Shown: piece after piece, positions 52,360 to 61,647 of the stretch
Layout: each line of letters starts with the position of its first letter
Numbering within the stretch: position 1 is the stretch's first letter
DNA from: Pseudomonadota bacterium
GTDB taxonomy: Bacteria > Pseudomonadota > Alphaproteobacteria > Sphingomonadales > Sphingomonadaceae
Direction: 5' to 3'
Assembly (NCBI GenBank): GCA_046731515.1
Contig: JBKPLG010000060.1
Location: 5,447-69,446 of the forward strand
Length of the DNA stretch: 64,000 bases
Translations under genes and position numbers: made by a program
The notes under the pieces: generated by a model
The model's input: only the letters and a program-made list of their open reading frames with translations
The model's database searches: none
What the model was told of the DNA's origin: nothing

Positions 52360-53799
52360 TTATTCGACCGCGCTTCCGCCGCCGTGGCCGAGCGGCTTCA
52401 CGTGCACCGTCTTGATGTTGGTGAACTCCCGGATTCCGAAAGCGGAACACTCGCGCCCGTAACCCGAGTGCTTCACTCCGCCGAACGGTGTGCGCGGATC
52501 GGAGCGGACGTTTTCGTTGACGAAGCTCGAGCCAGCCTCGAGTTCCTCGGCCGCGATCTGCCGGCCGCGGTCGAGGTCGGAGGTTAGAACGCCAGACCCG
52601 AGTCCAAACTCGCTGTCGTTGGCAATGCGAATCGCGTCCTTCTCGTCATCGGCCGCAATGATCGCCGCGACGGGGCCGAAGACTTCGTCATCATGCGCCG
52701 GCTGACCGGGCAGGACATTGGTAAGGACTGTCGCCGGATACCAGGCGCCCGGGCGATCCGGGACCTTGCCTCCCAAAAGCAGACGCGCGCCCTTCCGAAT
52801 GCTTTCGTTCACCTGACTGTGAATTTCGTCGCGGGCCTTCACGCTCTGCATCGGTCCGAGCCGAGTGCCTTCCTTCGCCGGATCGCCCATTTCGTAGCCG
52901 CGCATCGCATCGACCATCGCTTTTTCGAACGGCTCGAGAATGGAACGAATGACGATGAAGCGCTTGCCGGCGATACAGCTTTGGCCGCCATTCACCATTC
53001 GCGCGGTGGCGGCGACCTTGGCCGCGGCAACAATGTCGGCGTCTTCTAGCACGAGATACGGATCAGAGCCGCCGAGCTCGAGCACGCACTTCTTGAGCAC
53101 CGAACCCGCGGCGGTGGCGACGCTTCGACCCGCCGCCACGCTGCCGGTGAGCGTGACCGCGGCGACGTGCTCGTCCTTGATGAGCGCTTCGACTTGGCTG
53201 CTGGGCAGGAGGAGAGTTCGAAACAGGTCGCGCGGGACACCAGCCTGATGCATCACTTCCTCGATCGCGAGCGCGCAGCCAGGGACGTTGCTGGCATGCT
53301 TCAGCAGCGCGCCATTCCCCGCCATCAGTGCGGGAGCGGCGAAGCGGAAGACCTGCCAGAAGGGGAAGTTCCACGGCATGACCGCTAGTATGATGCCGAG
53401 CGGATTGAAGGTGACGAGGACCTCGCCTTCGCCGACGTCCACCGGTTCTTCGGCTAGATAGCCCTCGGCATGGTCGGCGAACCAGTCGCACTGAAAGGCG
53501 CATTTCTCGATTTCGGCCCGGCCGTCGTCGAGTGTCTTGCCCATCTCCTCCGTCATGAGCCGAGCGAACTCATCCTTCCGCTGACGCAAATTGGAGGCGG
53601 CCTTGTGGATGATGGCTGAGCGCTCGCCCAAGGGCGTCTTGCGCCAGTCGAGAAAGGCGCGGTGCGCAGCCGCGGCTGCTTCGCTCGCCTCCTCCGATGT
53701 GTTCTGCCGGTAGGATCGGCCCGGTTCCTCCGTGGCCGGGTTCACCGTCTGCAGTTTCTCAAGACTCTCCGAACGCGCTAGCTCGAGCTGGTCGGGCAT
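52360..53799 (-). CDS. NAD(P)-dependent aldehyde dehydrogenase (succinate-semialdehyde dehydrogenase Sad-like)
   Basis: MPWNFPFWQ, LELGGSD, GQSCIA, EVFGP, FGGVK.SGYGRE. Confidence 0.9.
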   Translation of the reverse strand: MPDQLELARSESLEKLQTVNPATEEPGRSYRQNTSEEASEAAAAAHRAFLDWRKTPLGERSAIIHKAASNLRQRKDEFARLMTEEMGKTLDDGRAEIEKCAFQCDWFADHAEGYLAEEPVDVGEGEVLVTFNPLGIILAVMPWNFPFWQVFRFAAPALMAGNGALLKHASNVPGCALAIEEVMHQAGVPRDLFRTLLLPSSQVEALIKDEHVAAVTLTGSVAAGRSVATAAGSVLKKCVLELGGSDPYLVLEDADIVAAAKVAATARMVNGGQSCIAGKRFIVIRSILEPFEKAMVDAMRGYEMGDPAKEGTRLGPMQSVKARDEIHSQVNESIRKGARLLLGGKVPDRPGAWYPATVLTNVLPGQPAHDDEVFGPVAAIIAADDEKDAIRIANDSEFGLGSGVLTSDLDRGRQIAAEELEAGSSFVNENVRSDPRTPFGGVKHSGYGRECSAFGIREFTNIKTVHVKPLGHGGGSAVE

Positions 53800-53813
53800 G
53801 GGGTTGCTCCGTT

Positions 53814-54335
53814 CTATAGGTCGCTCGAACGGCTCGCTTCGAACAGGAACCAGGTCCGGCGCTCGGCCTCGTCAATCCATACCTCGAGCAGGCTTGCCGT
53901 TGCGACGTCCTCATGCTCGTCGCACAGCGCATGCGTGCGCCTCATTTCATTGACGAGTTCCTTATTGTCCTCGCGAAGCTCGGCAAGCATGTCGTGCGGA
54001 GTCACGTAATCCGCATCATTGTCGAGCACGCGCTGCAGCTGCTTGATCTGGCCGGTCGAACGCAAGGTCGTTCCGCCGATCTTGCGCACTCGCTCGGCGA
54101 TCGGGTCGGTCGTCGCGAAAATCTGATCCGCCTGCTCGTCGAGCAGCAAATGATAGTCGCGGAAGTGCGGGCCCGATACGTGCCAGTGGAAATTCTTGGT
54201 CTTGAGGTAGAGCGCGAACATATCGGCCAGCAGCCCATTGAGCGCTCCCGAAATGTCGCGGACCGCTTCAGCCGAAAGGTCGGTGGGCGTGGCCAAAGTG
54301 GCGGTCCGCAGGATCAGCGCTTCCTGAGTGTCCAT
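53814..54335 (-). CDS. dps: DNA starvation/stationary-phase protection protein Dps
   Basis: KNFHWHVSGPHFRDYHLLLDE, D.IAER, E.R.WFL. Confidence 0.95.
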   Translation of the reverse strand: MDTQEALILRTATLATPTDLSAEAVRDISGALNGLLADMFALYLKTKNFHWHVSGPHFRDYHLLLDEQADQIFATTDPIAERVRKIGGTTLRSTGQIKQLQRVLDNDADYVTPHDMLAELREDNKELVNEMRRTHALCDEHEDVATASLLEVWIDEAERRTWFLFEASRSSDL

Positions 54336-54405
54336 GAATGTCTCCTTCGCATCAGGCTGGGGGGTGCGTCTAGCACCTCAGCTTTTCAGCACTGCGTTTG
54401 CTTCA

Positions 54406-54419
54406 TGACCGATCGGTCA
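54406..54419. promoter_or_regulatory. Perfect 14-bp palindrome upstream of dps
   Basis: TGACCGATCGGTCA. Confidence 0.45.
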
Positions 54420-54528
54420 CGTTCGGCGACCAGCGCACTACGCCCGTAGGCGCACGAAAGGAAATGAGATGATTCGTTTGCGCTGATCGTCTGAGGCGAT
54501 TGGACGATGATCGAATGGATTGATCAGC

Positions 54529-54603
54529 TGGAGCGGGCGAAGGGATTCGAACCCTCGACCCCAACCTTGGCAAGGTTGTGCTCTACCCCTGAGCTACGCC
54601 CGC
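54529..54603 (-). tRNA. tRNA-Gly (GCC)
   Basis: GCGGGCGTAGCTCAGGGGTAGAGCACAACCTTGCCAAGGTTGGGGTCGAGGGTTCGAATCCCTTCGCCCGCTCCA; cloverleaf with encoded CCA. Confidence 0.98.
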
Positions 54604-54774
54604 TCTGAGCTGACGCCGGCGCGCCTTTGCGTTTGCCGGCGGAGGTGAGGCGCGCGCCTAGCATGCCGGACTTCGCTCCCGCAAGGCTTTGCTTGGCCTT
54701 GGCTTGTGGCCGCCGCGCGGGGCAGCCATATGGGGCGCCAGCGGCCGTAACTGAAGGGAGTTGCAAGCCTGATT

Positions 54775-55683
54775 ATGGCGACTTTGGGCCTCACCGAAGC
54801 CGAGCGCGAATCGGTCGAGCGTTTCGAACAGGAAGTCATCCATCCGTCGATGACCTCGTTGGTGGTGCTCGACTTCTGGGCGGACTGGTGCGGCCCGTGC
54901 AAGCAGCTCGGTCCGATCCTCGAGAAGCTCGCCGCCGAATATGCAGACAAGGGAGTAAAGCTCGCCAAGATCGACGTCGAAAAAGACAAGATGATTGCCG
55001 CGCAATTCCGAATCCAGTCGATCCCCACCGTCTATGCCATCTATCGCGGGCAGCCTGTCGCCGATCTCACCAACTATCGAACCGAGGGTCAGCTGAAGAA
55101 GGTGCTGGATCAGCTTCTGACCCAGCTCAAGATCGAGCCCGAGGGCGCGACTCCCCAAGCCGAGATCGAGCCTTTAATCGCGATGGGCGAGCAGATTCTG
55201 GCCGAAGGAGATGCGCCGCGCGCGGCGTCGATTTTCCGCCAGATTCGCGCCATGTCACCGGACAATCCGGAAGCCCTCGGCGGTCTGGCCCGTGCCCTGA
55301 TCGCCGCGGGCGACACCGGAGAAGCGCGCGAACTGCTCGATGGCCTGCCTGATGATCTCGCCAGCAAGCCGGAAGTTGCCCGCGCCAAGGCCGCGCTTGA
55401 AGTCGCCTCCGCCGCGTCCGCCGTGGACACAAGCGCTCTGGAGGACCGGCTTTCGGCCAATCCCGACGACCATGAAGCCCGGTTCGAGCTTGCCGCCGCG
55501 AGGATGGCGGCCGGCGACCGAGACTTCGCCGCCGAAGCGCTGCTCGAGATCGTCAAGCGCGACCGGGAGTGGAATGAAGGCGCGGCGCGCAAACGCTTTC
55601 TTCAGCTGCTTGAGGCCCAGGGACTGGAAGACCCTTGGTCGAGTGCTCAGCGTCGTCGGCTTTCGGCGGTTCTCTTCACGTGA
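54775..55683 (+). CDS. cnoX: Thioredoxin-TPR chaperedoxin (CnoX/YbbN)
   Basis: WCGPC, QSIPTV, C-terminal TPRs, RRRLS..LF. Confidence 0.9.
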   Translation: MATLGLTEAERESVERFEQEVIHPSMTSLVVLDFWADWCGPCKQLGPILEKLAAEYADKGVKLAKIDVEKDKMIAAQFRIQSIPTVYAIYRGQPVADLTNYRTEGQLKKVLDQLLTQLKIEPEGATPQAEIEPLIAMGEQILAEGDAPRAASIFRQIRAMSPDNPEALGGLARALIAAGDTGEARELLDGLPDDLASKPEVARAKAALEVASAASAVDTSALEDRLSANPDDHEARFELAAARMAAGDRDFAAEALLEIVKRDREWNEGAARKRFLQLLEAQGLEDPWSSAQRRRLSAVLFT

Positions 55684-56315
55684 GCCGGCTGCTCCGGGTT
55701 CCGATTTTTCCGCTTCCGGGAGCAATACTTTTCCCGCGCGCGCAGCTGCCGCTGCACATTTTCGAGCCGCGCTACCGCGACATGGTTCGTGACGCGATCG
55801 AGGGCCCCGGCCGAATCGGAATGATTCAACCGCTGCGGCTCGACGACGACAACCACGCGCCGCTCTTCGACGTAGGATGCATAGGAGAACTGGCGGGCAT
55901 CGAGGAGCTTGATGACGGCCGGTTCAACATCGTGCTGCTCGGGACCAATCGTTTTCGCATGGTTCGCGAGTCGTCAGAAGACGAGGCTTACCGATCGGCC
56001 GAAGTCGATATCGAATCGTTCGATGATAGCGAGCCGCCGCCACTGTCGCTCGGCCAGCGAGCTGAGGTCGAGCGCGAAGCTCGGCGCCTGGGCGATGCGA
56101 TGGGCCTGGGCGTCGACTGGGCGGCGGTCGGGCGGCTCGACGATGAAATGCTTGTCAACGCAATCGCGCAAGTGGCGCCCTTCGACGTCGGCGCCAAGCA
56201 GGCGCTGCTGGAGCAGGCTACGCTTGATGACCGCGCTGACCTTCTGGTGCAGTTGATGCAATTTCACCGCGCGGCCGTGAATGGCGGAGTCGAGATCGAG
56301 CCGACGCTTCAGTGA
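55680..56315 (+). CDS. LON peptidase substrate-binding domain protein
   Basis: IFPLPGAILFP...LPLHIFEPRY; GTGA overlap with cnoX. Confidence 0.9.
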   Translation: MSRLLRVPIFPLPGAILFPRAQLPLHIFEPRYRDMVRDAIEGPGRIGMIQPLRLDDDNHAPLFDVGCIGELAGIEELDDGRFNIVLLGTNRFRMVRESSEDEAYRSAEVDIESFDDSEPPPLSLGQRAEVEREARRLGDAMGLGVDWAAVGRLDDEMLVNAIAQVAPFDVGAKQALLEQATLDDRADLLVQLMQFHRAAVNGGVEIEPTLQ

Positions 56316-57530
56316 TCAGATCGGCAAGCCGCGAAGGAGCAGCGGAAGTTCGCCGCTGGTGCCTCGAGCTTCGCTCATCAAGCGGTTCTTGAGCGGCGAA
56401 ATCCGGTCGATGAGGCCCATTCCGAGCCGCCGGACGGCGGAGGCGGCGCGTCCTGGTACGCCGTAGATCCGGGTCAGGCTGTCGGTGGCGAATGCGACCG
56501 ACAGCGCATCGAGCGAGCGCCAGCGCTGATAGCGGTCGAGCAGCTGCTGATCGCCAAGATCCAGCCCCAACCGTCCGCCTTCCACCAATACCTCAGCCAA
56601 GGCGGCAACGTCGCGGAAGCCGAGGTTCAGGCCCTGACCGGCAATTGGATGAATTGCGTGAGCGGCGTCACCGACCAATGCCAATCGCTTCGCCTTAATC
56701 TGTGCGGCATGATGGAAGCCGAGCGGGAAGGATGAACGAGGCGCCAACATCTGGATGTTACCGAGAAAGCCGCCCATCGCCGCCTCGGCTTCGCCCGCGA
56801 AATCGTCGTCGTGGAGGGATAGCCACCCGGCCGCATCCTCGTTCGGCACTGACCAGACGATCGCCGAACGGTGCCCTCCGGCGGCATCGCTCATCGGCAG
56901 AAGCGCAAACGGCCCGGTGGGAAAGAAAATCTCATAGGCGACATTCTCGTGGGGGCGCTCATGGCGCAATACCGACACGATCGCTTGATGGTTGTATTTC
57001 CAGCGGGCAATCCGAATCCCTGCTGCATCGCGCGTGGCCGAGTTGCGGCCGTCCGCCGCTACCAGCATCGGTGCATGAAGCTTACGCCCATCCCGAAGCT
57101 CCACAATGGCCCCGGTATCGCCGCGTTCGACAGTGGTGACTCGAGACTTCCACAGCAACCATGTGTTGGCACCGGCTTCCGCGCGTGCTTGAAGGGCGGA
57201 GCGCAGGTGGCGATTTTCATGCATCCAGCCGAGCGGCTCCTTATCCTCAGGGTCGAAGTGAAGCCCACCCGGTTCAAGCCCGTCGGCGACCGCGATCCGC
57301 TCGATGGGACATCCTGGCTCGTCAAGATGTTCCGTAATGCCGATCGTCCGGAGCATGCGCATGGAGCTGGAGGAAACCGCGCTGGTGCGTCCGTCGAAAG
57401 CCGCCTCGGTCCTCGGCGCTGGGTCAGCGGGATCGACGACGATGGTCGAAACTCCGCTGCTGTCGAGCGCGGAGGCGACCGCGAGGCCAATCATCCCTCC
57501 GCCGAAAATGATCACGTCAGCGCGATCCAT
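56316..57530 (-). CDS. UbiH/UbiL-family FAD-dependent hydroxylase
   Basis: GGGMIG, AADGRNS, GDAAHAIHPIAGQGLNLG.RD. Confidence 0.9.
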   Translation of the reverse strand: MDRADVIIFGGGMIGLAVASALDSSGVSTIVVDPADPAPRTEAAFDGRTSAVSSSSMRMLRTIGITEHLDEPGCPIERIAVADGLEPGGLHFDPEDKEPLGWMHENRHLRSALQARAEAGANTWLLWKSRVTTVERGDTGAIVELRDGRKLHAPMLVAADGRNSATRDAAGIRIARWKYNHQAIVSVLRHERPHENVAYEIFFPTGPFALLPMSDAAGGHRSAIVWSVPNEDAAGWLSLHDDDFAGEAEAAMGGFLGNIQMLAPRSSFPLGFHHAAQIKAKRLALVGDAAHAIHPIAGQGLNLGFRDVAALAEVLVEGGRLGLDLGDQQLLDRYQRWRSLDALSVAFATDSLTRIYGVPGRAASAVRRLGMGLIDRISPLKNRLMSEARGTSGELPLLLRGLPI

Positions 57531-57631
57531 CGGGCCGCCCTACGCGTCCACTGCATTGACTCCAAGAAGTTCGCTTGACCGGCGAGTCCGCCGCGAGGCA
57601 TTCTACGGGCGATTATTGTGGGGGTGGGAAA

Positions 57632-59953
57632 ATGGCGACCGTGGCCGCGCGCGCGCCGAAGCGCGAATTGGCGCCCGACTGGCGGGAAGCCCTGCGCGAA
57701 TCATTGCGTCGCCTCGTCATTCGGATCTGGGGCGCCTTTCTCCTCGCTGTGAGCATCACCGCTGGAGTGGCGCTCGCAACCCACCGGCCGACCGACCCAT
57801 CGCTCAGCACCGCCGCCGGCGGCCCCCCCGCCAACTGGCTTGGGACGGCAGGCGCTTATACCAGTGATGCCTTGCTCTTGTTGTTCGGGCTCGGCTCGGT
57901 TCTGTTCCTGCCAGTGATTGCCCTGGCCGGCCTCCGGATGATGCGCCTGCAACCCTCGGGGACGATGGGAAGGCGGCTGCTGGTCGCTGCGTTAGGAGCG
58001 GTGTTGCTCGGAATCGCCCTCGGCCTGCTGAGCGGTTCGGCCGTATCCGGACTGCCCGGCGGTTGGGGCGGAGCGCTCGGCCTTGCCGGAGCCTATGGCG
58101 TCGATTCCATGCTCGATCTTGTTCGCAATCCATCGGTCGAAGGCCCCGTGCGGCTGGCGGTTTTGATGCTGCTGACCATCGCCGGCCTTGCCTTGGGATA
58201 TTTCGCGCTCGCCCTTAACGACGGTGAGAAAGCGTGGCTGGCACGGTTGCTGCGGAGGACACCCCGCGAACGCCGTGCAAGACCAAGAAGCACCGAGATC
58301 CAGGAGGAACGAAGCCTTCCGGCGGCGCCGCCAAGGGCGCGACCGACAGTTGCAGTCGCCGAGCCGGCGAAACCCGTCATTCCGGCAGGGCGCGGGCACT
58401 CGCGGAAATCGAGCGCCCAGCCGGGCCTCGCGCTAGGCGACAGCTATCAGCTCCCCACGATCGATCTTCTCGCGCGCGCGCCTGAGAGAGGTAAGCAGCA
58501 GATCGATCGCGCAGGGCTCGAGCGCAATGCTCGCCTACTCGAATCGGTGCTCGAGGACTTTCACGTCCGCGGCGACATCGTCGAAGTGCGGCCGGGTCCA
58601 GTGGTCACGATGTACGAACTTGAGCCGGCGAGCGGGATTAAGGCCAGCCGAGTGATCCAACTCGCCGACGACATCGCCCGCAACATGTCCGCACTTTCTG
58701 CGCGCGTCGCAACGATTCCGGGGCGCAGCGTAATCGGGATCGAGCTGCCCAATCCGAAGCGCGAAAGCGTAACCCTGAGCGAGCTGATCGGGAGTCAGGC
58801 GTTCGAGGATCAGAACATGTCCCTGCCTTTGATCCTCGGTAAGAACATCTCGGGCGATCCGGTGATTGCCGACCTCGCCCCCATGCCGCACATCCTCGTC
58901 GCGGGCACGACCGGATCGGGCAAGTCGGTCGGCCTCAACTGCATGATCCTCTCGCTGCTCTATCGGTTCGGTCCGGACGAGTGCAAATTGATCATGATCG
59001 ACCCGAAGATGCTCGAGCTCAGCATCTACGACGACATCCCTCATCTCCTCGCGCAGGTGGTGACGGAGCCCGGAAAGGCGATCCGCGCCCTCAAGTGGAC
59101 GGTCGAACAGATGGAAGAGCGCTATCGGATGATGGCGAACCTCGGGGTGCGCGCGCTCCCGAGCTTTAACGCCAAGGTCCGCGAGGCGAAGGCGAAAGGC
59201 TCGAAGCTCGGACGCCGGGTGCAGACCGGGTATGACGCGGATAGCGGCCAGCCGCTCTACGAGGTCGAAGAGCTCGATTACGAAGTGCTGCCGCAGATCG
59301 TGGTCGTTGTGGACGAGCTTGCCGATCTCATGATGACCGCCGGCAAGGAGGTTGAGTTTCTCATCCAGCGACTGGCCCAAAAGGCCCGAGCGGCGGGAAT
59401 TCACCTCATCATGGCAACCCAGCGGCCGTCGGTCGACGTCATCACCGGCGTGATCAAGGCGAACCTTCCGACGCGCATCAGCTTCCAAGTGACCAGCAAG
59501 ATCGACAGCCGGACAATCCTCGGAGAGCAAGGGGCCGAGCAGCTCTTGGGCAAGGGCGACATGCTCTACATGCCCGGTGGCAAGCAGATCATTCGAGTCC
59601 ACGGTCCGTTCGTCTCCGACGAAGAAGTTCGGGCGGTTGCCGAGCATTGGCGCAGGCAGGGCTCGCCGGATTACATCCAGGCGGTCACGGAGGAGCCGGA
59701 AGACGGCGGGTATCTCTTCGATGGGCAACCGACCGGCGAAGACGACGCCGAGACGCAGCTTTACCGGAAAGCGGTGCAAATCGTTGCCGAGAGCCAGAAA
59801 GCTTCGACTTCCTATCTCCAGCGGCAGTTGCGAATCGGGTACAACAGCGCGGCCCGGCTGATCGAACGCATGGAAAAGGAAGGCCTCGTCGGGCAGCCCG
59901 ATCATGTCGGGCGCCGCGAAGTCCTGATCGATCCCGACGGACACCCGATTTGA
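57632..59953 (+). CDS. ftsK: DNA translocase FtsK
   Basis: N-terminal TMs, GTTGSGKS, DELADLM, ATQRPS, gamma domain LQR.LRIGYN.AAR. Confidence 0.97.
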   Translation: MATVAARAPKRELAPDWREALRESLRRLVIRIWGAFLLAVSITAGVALATHRPTDPSLSTAAGGPPANWLGTAGAYTSDALLLLFGLGSVLFLPVIALAGLRMMRLQPSGTMGRRLLVAALGAVLLGIALGLLSGSAVSGLPGGWGGALGLAGAYGVDSMLDLVRNPSVEGPVRLAVLMLLTIAGLALGYFALALNDGEKAWLARLLRRTPRERRARPRSTEIQEERSLPAAPPRARPTVAVAEPAKPVIPAGRGHSRKSSAQPGLALGDSYQLPTIDLLARAPERGKQQIDRAGLERNARLLESVLEDFHVRGDIVEVRPGPVVTMYELEPASGIKASRVIQLADDIARNMSALSARVATIPGRSVIGIELPNPKRESVTLSELIGSQAFEDQNMSLPLILGKNISGDPVIADLAPMPHILVAGTTGSGKSVGLNCMILSLLYRFGPDECKLIMIDPKMLELSIYDDIPHLLAQVVTEPGKAIRALKWTVEQMEERYRMMANLGVRALPSFNAKVREAKAKGSKLGRRVQTGYDADSGQPLYEVEELDYEVLPQIVVVVDELADLMMTAGKEVEFLIQRLAQKARAAGIHLIMATQRPSVDVITGVIKANLPTRISFQVTSKIDSRTILGEQGAEQLLGKGDMLYMPGGKQIIRVHGPFVSDEEVRAVAEHWRRQGSPDYIQAVTEEPEDGGYLFDGQPTGEDDAETQLYRKAVQIVAESQKASTSYLQRQLRIGYNSAARLIERMEKEGLVGQPDHVGRREVLIDPDGHPI

Positions 59954-59969
59954 GCCGCCTGAATGGAAC

Positions 59970-59994
59970 GGAACCGGAAGGTTCATACCGCATT
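59970..59994 (+). promoter_or_regulatory. Candidate EcfG-type promoter upstream of lolA
   Basis: GGAAC-N16-CATT. Confidence 0.5.
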
Positions 59995-60036
59995 CAATGG
60001 CCAAACACCAAGTTCCGGTTCTTTCCAGGAGTTTAG

Positions 60037-60642
60037 ATGACTTTTGCCAGCTCTTTCGCGAGCGCTATCGCCCCGGCGGTGGTAATTGCCGCTTCCACGC
60101 CAGCCGCAGCTGCGGAATCGGCCGACATGGAGAGACTCGGAGCGCACATTCGCGCCGTGCAGACGATGACCGCCGACTTCTTGCAAATGGACGCACGCGG
60201 ACGCTCGGCGGCGGGGACTTTGCGGCTCAAGCGCCCAGGCAAGGTGCGTTTCCAATATGGCAGCGGCGACCTGCTGCTGGTTGCGAACGGCAAAACCCTC
60301 ACCTTCATCGACTATCAGGTCGGCCAGAAGTCGGCCTGGCCGCTGAACCGTACGCCGCTCGGCGTGCTGCTATCGAACTCCCCCAATCTCAAGGGCCGTG
60401 CGCGAATCATCCCCAGCCAGGACTCGCGCATCATCACGGTCCGCGCCCGAGATCCAGCGCAATATGGTTCGATTGTGCTGGTGTTTCTCCGCAGCCCTTC
60501 AGCGCCCGGCGGCCTGCAGCTGTTTGGCTGGACTGCGATCGACGCTCAGAACAAGCGCACGACCGTCAAGCTTTCGAATGTCCGCTACAATGTCGCGGTT
60601 ACGGAGAGCGCGTTCACATACGTTGAGCCGAAGAAACGCTGA
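60037..60642 (+). CDS. lolA: Outer-membrane lipoprotein carrier LolA family protein
   Basis: TADF.Q, G.L.LKRPGK.RF.Y, TPL..LL; directly after ftsK. Confidence 0.88.
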   Translation: MTFASSFASAIAPAVVIAASTPAAAAESADMERLGAHIRAVQTMTADFLQMDARGRSAAGTLRLKRPGKVRFQYGSGDLLLVANGKTLTFIDYQVGQKSAWPLNRTPLGVLLSNSPNLKGRARIIPSQDSRIITVRARDPAQYGSIVLVFLRSPSAPGGLQLFGWTAIDAQNKRTTVKLSNVRYNVAVTESAFTYVEPKKR

Positions 60643-60709
60643 GATTAAAATAGTTTCATATTGCGACCCGTTCATCGCAACGACAGGCACGAATGCCTAA
60701 ATAGACGGT

Positions 60710-60822
60710 CGATTCCGCACGTGCCCGGGGTTTCCCCCTGTTACCCGGGGTTAGCGGGATCCCTTGCGTGACGAACGCTTGGTCGGCCCTCGCTCCATGC
60801 CCCCGGAGCGAGGGCCTTTTTC
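60710..60822 (+). ncRNA. Candidate small RNA with C-rich loops and an intrinsic terminator
   Basis: CCCGGG-GTTTCCCCCTGTTA-CCCGGG hairpin; 12-bp stem GGCCCTCGCTCC/GGAGCGAGGGCC plus T5. 5' end is estimated. Confidence 0.5.
60785..60821 (+). terminator. Intrinsic terminator
   Basis: Perfect 12-bp GC stem, loop ATGCCCCC, then TTTTT. Confidence 0.85.
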
Positions 60823-60852
60823 ATCTGGAGCTCGACAGGCTAAGCGCAGAGC

Positions 60853-61647
60853 GTGAGCAAACGGCTGAAGATCGCTTCGTGGAACATTAACTCGGTGCGG
60901 GCGCGGACGGCTCTGATCGATCGCCTGATCGCCGAGCAGCAGCCCGACATCCTGTGCCTGCAGGAGACGAAAGTTCTCGACAGCATCTTTCCGGCCGATC
61001 TCTTTCGTCAGCATGGCTATGTTCATCAACAGCTCAACGGGCAGCGCATGCATCACGGCGTAGCCATCCTCAGCCGCGCTCCGCTGAAGGACGCGGGCAA
61101 GCATGATTGGCAGGACAATGGCGAAGCACGCCATGTCGGAGTACGGCTGGAATGCGGGATCAGGCTGGAGAACGTCTACGTGCCCGCGGGCGGCGACATT
61201 GCCGACCGCGCATTGAACCCCAAGTTTGGCCAGAAGCTCGATTTCCTCGAGCGGATGACCCGCTGGTCGGAGGTCCTCAACGAGCCGACCATCATTGTCG
61301 GGGACTTCAACGTCGCGCCGCTGGAGTGCGACGTGTGGAACCACAAGGCTCTGCTCACAGTCGTCAGCCACACGCCTGTCGAGGTCGAATCGCTCACCCG
61401 TCTCCAACAGGCGCATGGCTGGATCGACATCGGTCGGCGTTACATCCCAGCGCCCGAACGCTGTTATACCTGGTGGAGCTACCGCTCGACTGATTGGACC
61501 AAGAACGACCGCGGACGCCGGCTCGATCACATGTGGGCTTCCCCCGAACTGGCCCTTCATTTGGCCGCGCATCAGGTTCTCGAGCCGTGCCGCAATTGGA
61601 AGCGTCCTTCCGATCACGTCCCGCTGATTTGCGAGATTGAGGTTTGA
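60853..61647 (+). CDS. xth: Exodeoxyribonuclease III family AP endonuclease
   Basis: SWNINS, LQETK, GDFNVA, YTWWSYR, GRRLDH, SDHVP. Confidence 0.95.
   Translation: MSKRLKIASWNINSVRARTALIDRLIAEQQPDILCLQETKVLDSIFPADLFRQHGYVHQQLNGQRMHHGVAILSRAPLKDAGKHDWQDNGEARHVGVRLECGIRLENVYVPAGGDIADRALNPKFGQKLDFLERMTRWSEVLNEPTIIVGDFNVAPLECDVWNHKALLTVVSHTPVEVESLTRLQQAHGWIDIGRRYIPAPERCYTWWSYRSTDWTKNDRGRRLDHMWASPELALHLAAHQVLEPCRNWKRPSDHVPLICEIEV

Noticed and set aside
54529-54603. tRNA-Gly as the attachment site of an active integrative element
   Set aside because: No integrase and no duplicated tRNA 3' end were seen in the window.
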